A stretch of 64,000 nt of DNA, taken from the NCBI RefSeq assembly GCF_009914755.1, contig NC_060928.1; one strand, given 5' to 3'. The first letter of the stretch is position 1; each line of letters starts with the position of its first letter. This document shows, piece by piece, positions 54,201-64,000 of the stretch. This DNA comes from the human T2T-CHM13v2.0 reference genome, Homo sapiens. The position numbers and the translations under genes are program-made. A model generated the notes under the pieces. The model was not told the origin of the DNA, did not search any database, and saw only the letters and a list, made by a program, of their open reading frames with translations.

Positions 54201-55419
54201 GAGCAGAATATTTTTAACCAGCATTATTTCCACTGCAGTGAAGCTGAAACATGATATTTGTTTCTTGTTTTGTTGCTGATATGGCATATTTTGAATATTT
54301 AGTAAATAGACTTTTCAAAAGACCTAATTAAATCATTACTCTTGGCCAGATATTTTCAGACATTCACTAATATTATGAATTCACCACATCAGCTGATTTT
54401 GAATATGAAAAAGATTGTTTTTTATCAACACAGCCTGATATGTTTACCTCTTTTCAGAAAAATTATTACAACTTTAGGAATATTATTATTTATTACAGCC
54501 CATTTGTAGACAGGGCATTTCTAAATATCAAACCATTTTTGTAATAGCATTAAATAGGTTTTTGTTTCTTTTCTTTACCTTAATTTCCAAGTACTTACTA
54601 TTTTCATGAGTCTGAATTGAATGTAGCTACTTCCATACCTCACCCACTTTACTAAAATAATGGAATTCCTAGTGAAACAGAACAAATGTACAGAGTGTGG
54701 TCAGATGAGAATTCTCACATGCTTATTGAAAGTTTTTGTTAAACCATAAAATTACAATAAATACGTTAGATATTCAATGTACACCTGAATATACAAGGTA
54801 AATGTGGGTAATGTCTTAGACTCAGCTGTTCCATTATTAAATTTAAATGTGCTTTGAGGCATTCATTTTACTAAATGTTAAGACTGGCCTGAAGAATGCA
54901 GTACAAACTAACACTAAATATAGCGGGAATATTTTTGCTTTAGACTGTTAGAAATCATCTCCTTATATGTTTGACCATGAAGGAAAAAATGTATGTACGC
55001 TATGATGGAAAAGATGTATGGAAACTGTGGATGCTGTAATCCCCCACTGTGTCAGCTTTACATGCCTATACACTCCAAACTTACCTTCTTCCTAATATTC
55101 TCATTGAGAGCTCTGTGTCTTTATATTTTAATAAATACATTCTTTGAGGTTAATTACAATAAATGGTATATTTGTTTTAGGTAAGTATATTAAATTAAAG
55201 AGTAATTTTTGAAGTCAACATTTCTAGCACTACTTATACCTAGTGTCAAGGTCAATAATAACATATAATAGGAAATCTGATACTGTATTTTCCCATGGAT
55301 ATATGGCAACTCTAGTTATATTTTGATTTAAATTATTCATTTGCAGAAGTCTAAGTCATCAAATAAATTTAAGCCATCATGTTTCTCTTATAAGAAAATA
55401 GTAAGAATAAGAATAAAAT

Positions 55420-55630
55420 AACAACTATCATTTTCCTGTGCTTACTATCTGTCAAGGGTTGTTCTAGGTTTTTAAAATATATGTTCACTAAATTAACCTC
55501 CAAAACAATCCTTTTTGGCAGGTAATATTATCATCCCAGTGTACAGATGAGGAAACATGGGCTTGGAGAGGTTAAGTATGTGGTCCAATGCCACATGACT
55601 AATAAATGGAGCACAAATTCAACCACAAAA
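55420..55630. mobile_element. MIR relic
   Basis: ggtaatattatcatccc...tacagatgaggaaacatgggcttggagaggttaagt. Confidence 0.65.
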
Positions 55631-57240
55631 TATGGCCCCAGAGCATCATATCTCAATCAGCACAGGGTATATTAAACTCAGTATTTTGATTGTAATATAC
55701 AGAATTAAGAAATATCTCTCTTCCTTCTTCTTCTGCCGATCCTTGCTTCTCTTCTTTTTTCCCATTCCTTCACCATCATTCAGTCCTTATATGAGTGTTC
55801 CTATCTCTATCTATTCTAATTTAATTTCTGAATGACTCTTGTGGCTTCAACTGACACCCACATAAAATGACCCTCAGATATTTATTTTAAACCTCATTCC
55901 CAAATCTCTAATTGCCAGATAACCATTTCTATGATGCTATTCTTTAATCCCTAAATACACCGCAAATAAAATTTCACTTCCTATTTATCCTGCATGAAAG
56001 CAGGTCCTATTCTTGAAATGTCCTCAGTAAGAGTACTCTCTTAATTGCCAGCCAAAGTAACTTGAAATTTAAAAAGACTTTTTTTTCTTTTTTGCTTTTA
56101 CTTTGCACATGGGGTTGTTAAAAAAGTGAGAATATATATGGAAATGTTGAGCAAATGAGAGAGCTATTAGTATTATTTCTATTTTCAATAATCTGTCAAA
56201 TTTTACTAATTTGTCCCATGAATTGATTCAGAGCAAGACGGCCAGGATTCCAATCCCTTAATTTCTTTTAAAATGGGCATTCTAATAGTACTTACCTTGC
56301 TAGTTTGCCTTTAACAAATTAATTAGTGCCCTGGAATTGATGTGCTCAAGGTGGCGTTTAGCAGCTAGCAAACACTATGAATATTCTATTTTTCTCTCCG
56401 CCATCTCTCTAGTTCAGAATTTTGAGGGTCACAGCTCAAAGACCTGAGAGTACGTAGGAAATCACCCCCATTTTCATTTTCCAGAACAGGGACTTTCATT
56501 TTACAGAACTGTTTCAGCAACTTGGGGGAAATGAAGCCTCAGTCTCTTGGGCCCCAACTGTATTCACAGTCTGCCTTCTCTGGCCTCTCCCTACACTAGT
56601 CCATACTGCAATATCAATATCCTTAAAAGATTGCTTCCAATTAAAACAATATTGGGGTTCCTTGGCTGTAGAATTGAGGCAAAGTTGTGTTATATTTGAA
56701 GTTCTCAAAAAATATACCGATACTCTAACATTTTAGCTTGACTTTCTTCTTTTGTTCTATATTAAAATTGTCCACTCTAACACACTGTTCAACAGTAAGC
56801 CAAGTCCATGAATAGTGAATGACTGTAAAATATTGTATTCATTTGATACGCTTTTATTTTTATTTTATTGTGATAAGAACATTAATGTGAGATCTGCCCT
56901 TTTAAGAGATTTCTAAATGTACAATACAGTATTGTTAACTATAGGCACGATGTTGTACAGTAGATCTAGAAATTATTCCTCTTGCATAAGTGAAGATGTA
57001 TACCCATGGCTTATAAGCTCCTGATTTCTCCCTACTGTCTGTCCTGGAAAACCACCATTCTACTCCCTGCTTCTATGTGTTTGACCATTTTAGATACTTC
57101 ATATATATAAATACCTACCAAGCAGCATTTGTCCTTCTGTGACTATCTAATATAACATCCTTAAGGCTCATCCATGTAGTCACATATGGCAGGATTTCGT
57201 TTTGTTTTTGAGCTGAATAATATTCCTTTGTATGTATATA

Positions 57241-57479
57241 CAGGTTGAGTATTTCTTATCCGAAATACTTGGGACCAGAAGTGTCTCAAATTCCTTTTTT
57301 TTTTTTTTAAATTTTGGAAGTTGCATTATACATGCTGATTTAGCATCCCTAATCTGAAATGTCAAAATCTGAAATGTTCCAATAAGCATTTCCTTTGAAC
57401 ATCATATTGGCACTTGGAAATGTTTGGATTTTGGGGCATTTGGATTTTGGATTAGTTTTGATTAGGGATGCTAAACCTA
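57241..57479. mobile_element. Tigger4a/Zombi-type MITE nested in an old L1
   Basis: ta|caggttgagtatttcttatccgaaatacttgggaccagaagtg ... gattagggatgctaaaccta|ta. About 240 bp with TA flanks. Confidence 0.8.
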
Positions 57480-57814
57480 TATCACCTTTTTTTATCTATT
57501 CGTTTGTTAATGGCTATTTAGTTTGTTTCCAAATCATGACCATTGTGAAAAAAGGATTGCTGGATCATACAGTGATTCTATGTGTTATTTTTTTGAGGAC
57601 CTCCATACTGTTTTTCCACAACAGCTGTATCATTTTGCATTCCCACCAACAGTGTACAAGGGTTCCAATTTCCCCACTTCTTCACCAACACTTGTTTTGT
57701 TTTATTTGTTATGATAGCCATGCCAACAGGTGTGAGGTGATTTCTCATTGTGGTTTTGATTTGCATTTCCCTGATGATTAGTGACACTGAGTATTTTTTA
57801 TATACTTGTTGGCC

Positions 57815-58099
<285 letters not shown>

Positions 58100-59177
58100 A
58101 CTTGTTGGCCATTTTTATGTATTCTTTTAAAGAAACATCTATATAAGACCTTAACCATTTTTTTATTGGATTACCAAACTTAATAGCTATTATGTTGTAG
58201 GACTTATTTATATATTTTGAAAATTAACTTTCTATCAGATATACAGTTTGCAAATATTTTCTCACATCCCATAGATTGCCTTTTCATTTTCTCGACTGTT
58301 TACTGTAGAGAAACTTTAGTTTGATATACTTTCACTTGTCTGCTTTTGCTTATGTTGCTTGTTTTGGGAGTCATATACATGAAATAATTGCCCAGGCTGT
58401 CTTTTAGCAATTTTCAACTAGGAGTTCTATAGTTTCAGGTCTTAATTTTAAGTCTTTAATCCATTTTAAATTGATATTTGTGTATAATGTATATTTACAT
58501 TCTTTTGCATATGGATATCCAGTTTTCCCAACACCCCTTGTTGAAGTGACTATCCTTTCCCCATTATATATCCTTGGCACCCTTATGGAATATCAATTGA
58601 CTATCATGCATGGATTTATTTATAGGCGTTCTAGTCTGTTTGGTTTGTCTATATGTGTGTCTTTATGCCAGCACAATACTTTATTCATTACTGTAACTTT
58701 GTAGTATATTTTAAAATCAGGAAGCACAATACCTCTAACTTTGTTTATCTTTCTCAAGATTGTTTTGGCTATTTAGGCTCCTTTGTGGTTTCGTATGAAT
58801 TTTGGAATTGCTTTACCTATTTGTATAAAAAATGCTGTTAGGATTTTGATATAAATTGTATTGAATTTGTAAATTGCATAGATAACATGGACATTTTAAC
58901 AATATTAAGTCTTCCAATGCATGAACTTGGGATGTCTTTCCATTTGTTTGTATCTTTGTTGATTTCTTTCAGCAATGTTTTGTAATTTGGGGCATACAAA
59001 GCTTTTACCGCCTTCGTTAGTTAGTAAGTTTATCTCTCATTACCTGTTTAAGTCTTATAATATCATATGAACTTAAAGCCAAAAAGCCTTCCTTTGTCAA
59101 ATACATGTTCAAAAGAAAATATAAGGAGCAATGCTTTTCTACTTCCAATAGCTCAGATGCTTGGTCTCTTTTTTTAG

Positions 59178-59439
59178 GGTGCAAATGCTCTCGTCACATA
59201 CACTATCATTAGTGGAGCTGATGATAGTTTTCGCATCGACCCAGAATCCGGAGATCTGATAGCAACCAGGCGGTTGGACAGGGAACGCCGCTCCAAATAT
59301 TCACTGCTAGTTCGTGCTGATGATGGTCTTCAGTCCTCGGATATGAGAATTAATATCACTGTCAGTGATGTGAATGACCATACACCCAAATTTTCCAGAC
59401 CCGTGTACTCTTTTGACATTCCTGAGGACACAATCCCTG
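59178..59439 (+). CDS. FAT4: Internal coding exon of FAT4 (262 nt, phase 0-1): GANALVTYTIISGADDSFRIDPESGDLIATRRLDRERRSKYSLLVRADDGLQSSDMRINITVSDVNDHTPKFSRPVYSFDIPEDTIP(G)
   Basis: Acceptor tctctttttttag, donor TG|gtaggt. The frame continues from the previous exon. Cadherin motifs LDRE, ADDG, DVNDHTP and PE are present, and CpG content is higher than in the flanking intron. Confidence 0.96.
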
Positions 59440-60741
59440 GTAGGTGATGGGTCTCTTATGTGTATTTTGCAAGAATCGCTTTTGAACCAAAATTACATAC
59501 TATGTTTCGGCTGCTCTTAATCAATGATTAGTTTTTAATCATATACTACTAGTTATAAAAATATATATGCTGGATTGTTGGATCTTTTCATTAACAATCT
59601 TTGGTAAAATTCTCAAGCAAATGGCTAAATTTTTTAGGATGAATGAGGTTAGCCATTTATGTGTCTGAAAGTATTTGTGACATGGGTTATTAATTTTCTG
59701 TCAACCACAGTTTTGGTACTCTTTCTGCTTTAAAAACGTCTAATGTGATTTGGGGGCTATGTATAAAAAGAACAGCAAAAAAAAAATACATGAAAAACTG
59801 TGAATATTGATTCTAACGCTCACTAGCTGTGTGACCAACGGCAAGTTAATTCATTTCTCTTAGTTTCAATTCTCTATCCTGTAAATGGAAACAGTAATTC
59901 CTGTTAGAGTTAAGGTAAAGGATAATTTAGAAAGTACATTGAGTTTGCTAACACAGGGCTTGGGTATTAGCAAATGCCCATTAAGTGTTATGAGAAACTG
60001 AATCTCTAATTATAATCTTGCTTCTTTGAACATATTATATTGTGATTTTTTTTAGTCTGAGTACTCAATATCCATGTTTCTGGTGTGTGTGTGTATGCTT
60101 CATTCCCATTATTGGAAATTTTTATGTAAAATTAAAATTTTATTCTGAATTACATTTGGAATGATTATTCATGATAAGCCATACATTTTAGAAACTCCAT
60201 TTGGCAAAGGAATTAAACATCTACAGGAGACTCCTTCTACCTGAAGTTTTTTCTTCACTCCTCAAGATATCTTGTGCAAGTCCTTTATGGAAATCCCATC
60301 ACACTTATTTCTTGACTTAGTTATTGCAATGACCACATAAGTTCTAGAGTAGTATCACCAGGGCATAAGTCTATATATTTTTTGGAATCCTCAGTTCCTG
60401 ACACTAGCAATATGCTACCTTAAATGTTGATTGAATTCATCAGTATATTTATGGATAGGTACTGCTAGATGGAAACATAACATCAGATATATTATTAATT
60501 CCTCAGGAAATTTATGCTGAAACCTGAGGTCCACTGGATATCTGATATGTCACATACTGTATTCAAATAGGGAAATGGTAATATCAAAATCTGCAGAATG
60601 TTATGTTCACTGTATTTTCATAGCGGTTTTCAGTTAAGATATTTTACTGTACAAATACATTTTTTGGTCTCTTTCTATATGTTCTCTTAGTAATACTTCT
60701 TACTTCCTTGATTTTATACTATTAATTTATTCTTTTGATAG

Positions 60742-61092
60742 GTTCTTTGGTAGCAGCCATTTTAGCCACGGATGATGACTCTGGTGTGAATGGAGAAATT
60801 ACATATATTGTGAATGAAGATGATGAAGATGGCATCTTTTTCCTGAATCCTATTACTGGGGTCTTTAATTTGACTCGATTATTAGATTATGAAGTACAGC
60901 AATATTATATCCTCACTGTTCGAGCAGAAGACGGTGGGGGACAATTTACTACCATCAGAGTTTATTTCAATATTCTAGATGTAAATGATAATCCACCTAT
61001 TTTCAGCTTGAATTCATACAGCACATCTTTAATGGAGAATCTACCTGTGGGATCTACTGTTCTTGTGTTTAATGTTACTGATGCAGATGATG
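60742..61092 (+). CDS. FAT4: Internal coding exon of FAT4 (351 nt, phase 1-1): (G)SLVAAILATDDDSGVNGEITYIVNEDDEDGIFFLNPITGVFNLTRLLDYEVQQYYILTVRAEDGGGQFTTIRVYFNILDVNDNPPIFSLNSYSTSLMENLPVGSTVLVFNVTDADD(G)
   Basis: Acceptor ttcttttgatag, donor ATG|gtatgt. It matches ORF 60735..61109 and its phase fits the preceding exon. Cadherin motifs DDD, LDYE, AEDGG, DVNDNPP and DAD are present. Confidence 0.97.
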
Positions 61093-61557
61093 GTATGTAT
61101 TTTATTTAATATAATTTTTAAAACATCTATAAACTGTCATCAGATTTATATTACATTTATTTATTGTGTTGAGCTGTCACAAAAATGCATTTTGTGAATA
61201 TAGGTTGGAAGTTGAGGAATAGAATTATAACTGAACTGTAGAGGATTTTAAAAATTAAGTACTTTATCGGTTAAATTCTTATTTATAACAGAAAACATAC
61301 CTTGTATTGTTTTATAAACTTTATCTTATTTTTCCCCCTAAATGTAGGGTCGTGTTTCAATTTAGCAATGTAGAAGTCATAAGACCACTTTTTTTTGTAT
61401 AATTTTGTTAGATAAATAAAAATATTAGGTTTACATATGTTATTTTAACTTGAAAAGGATAGAATTTCAAAGCAAAATGAAACCAAAGACTTAAGTAAAA
61501 ATACTTACGAATGCAAAAACTAAGTTTCACATTTTTGGCTGACAAATAGCTAATAAT

Positions 61558-61856
<299 letters not shown>

Positions 61857-64000
61857 CTAATAATATTTTAACTAGGTTTCATTTCAGCTCGAACAGTCTC
61901 AGATCTGTTTAATTTATGCTAATGATCAAGTTAAAATTTTGCATTAAATTTATACTTTACATGTGTTTGATTTGTATTTATTGCAAAAGCAATTGGCAAA
62001 CTTTATTTTAATAGCTGACTCCTTTGGCCTTTCTTCTAACACCTGTTTTGTAAGTATACATATCATATAATATAGCATTAGAGAAAACATTGTATGGATT
62101 ATCAACCTTTAACTGAATTGTCTGGAAAATTAGTACGTGTTTTTCCCTTATGTTGGATGCAACTAAATTGTCTCATCAATATATAAAACAAGGGACAGTA
62201 CTTTGAAGAAGAAATAGGTCTCTATTGACAGGCATATCTATCTCAATTTAGAATTTCCTTATTCTTATGACTTGGATGATTTGTGAAATCTCAGAATACT
62301 ATTCTATTTTAACATTCTATTCTATACTTACTTTCCTTCTCATAGTGTCTATAAATGGCACTTGGAACGATATGAGAAGCAAAAAGGACAGTATTTTATA
62401 TATGTTTCAATAAGTAAAATGGGAAATACTTTCTTTAGGATTCATTGAGTAAGAGCATTTTGATGTTTCCTCCTCTAATTTAAGTGCAGTTAAAATTGGG
62501 CACAAAGATATATCTAAAATAGATACAGCTGTAATGCTAGTACTACTACTATTACTACTACTGTTGCTAGTAACAATACTTTAATGTTAACGATGTTAAT
62601 AAGAAACTCAAGAACTGACATCTGCCAAGTGTTTTTCATGTACCCAGTCCTGGCCTAAGAACATTGCACACTCTATTTCATGTACCTCATCCCAGGTCTG
62701 TGGATTGGCTCCAGTTAGATATCTGTATATAATTGAGGTTAGTCCCTATTTTGGAGATTGGTTTATCTGCTATAACTTTTAGTTAGTCTACCTATTCCAT
62801 AGATAAGAATATTTTCAAAGCTAATCATGTATTCTTATTTGTCCTGTGACTGTGCTCAACTTTTCTACAGAGAAGAATTTTCCACCATGTTTCTTTTTGA
62901 TTTATTAGTTATGTATTAGAGAGAGCCCATTGTTTCATAGAATTGTATGTTTTCCTGGAATAAGTTTTATTTACCATCATAACTTAAAATATAGGGAAAC
63001 TGCGAAGATACCAAAAAATTAAAAAGAAAAAGAAAAGAATTTTGTTTGTCAAAAACCTGCTGGAATATTCCATGCACATGTAAGCACAGAAATACATTGA
63101 CCATTGTCTCTAAGTAAGTTTTTGTGATATTTTTTCTTTAATTGCATTGAGTAAAAGTTTCAAGCTATATTTATTCATTGTTTTAGTTTTGAATACGTTT
63201 ATCAGTGTAATTTCCTGCACCTTGACATAAAATATATGACACAATTCCTATTCTTTCTGAATTTCAAGGACAGTGATAAGGCTATACAAAGGTAAGCTTG
63301 TTTGTAAAACTTTCCAGCTCAGTTACACAAAAGGGTCTCAAGTGTTTCACAGACAATATTAGTCAGACATTTTTTAAAAATAACAAATTAACAAATAAAT
63401 CTCAATCACTGATCAGAAGGTTCCAATGAGGTAATATTGTCATCTTTTTAGATGAAGGAATTTTATATGAAAATAAATGTCACAATCTGTTATCTGTCTA
63501 TGGATTCTGTCAGAGTTTAAAATTTAGCTTACATGATGATTTCATAAACATAAATCAGATCTTTTACTGTTTTCACAAGAAGGGTAATACCTCTGTTAGC
63601 ATCAAGACTACTAAGCATACGGTATTACATTGAGGAAATATCGGAGCATCACGGAAATATTCTGGCTTTGATGGTTATTTCGTTATCCTATAAATTATTT
63701 ACACTTTAAATATTGGGAAGTCATATTAAAATGTTTTGCTAATAATACAATTGGAATTTTTGCTGAATAAATGTAGCTATATAATATTGGTGTACAATAC
63801 AGACCATTGAGTTTCATATATTCCAGTGACCTGATGACCTTGTTGAAACTGCTTTATAAAGATGGGTGTTATTCAAAACACTTCTATGTGTTGCAGCTAT
63901 GTGAAAAGTTGACAAATATTAGTTCTTTATAGAAATTAGAAGATAACATTTATAAATTGTGAGTAAATATACATATTTTATAGCATGAAACTATACACCT

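Noticed and set aside
60501-60529. cctcagg...cctgagg inverted repeat
   Set aside because: Only 7-bp arms, which is chance level.
60735-61109. Stand-alone 124-aa cadherin mini-gene
   Set aside because: It is an internal exon. The ORF start and stop lie in intron sequence beyond canonical splice sites.

Overview
AT-rich primate (most likely human) genomic DNA from inside a large cadherin-superfamily gene on the + strand. I recognise the gene as FAT4 from its peptide sequence and exon sizes. The first ~51 kb is one very long intron. It is followed by three GT-AG internal coding exons (51076-51207, 59178-59439, 60742-61092; 132/262/351 nt; phases 0-0, 0-1, 1-1) that splice into one open frame of extracellular cadherin repeats. 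The rest is intronic: 12 Alus, several L1 3' fragments, a near full-length antisense Tigger1, three MER1 hAT elements with 8-bp TSDs, a Tigger4a/Zombi MITE, an MLT1-type LTR, MIR/L2 relics, microsatellites and an RNY1 (Y1 RNA) retropseudogene with TSDs. I found no convincing new biological system. The most interesting unexplained signals are AG|GTRAG sites resembling recursive-splicing points (50404/50405, 55180/55181), a candidate antisense exon (4890-5128), a candidate poison exon (ending 63291), two spaced local duplications of apparently unique DNA (86 bp and 143 bp), and an Alu orientation switch that could make dsRNA or circRNA. Repeat subfamily calls come from remembered consensus sequences, and the edges of old repeats are approximate.
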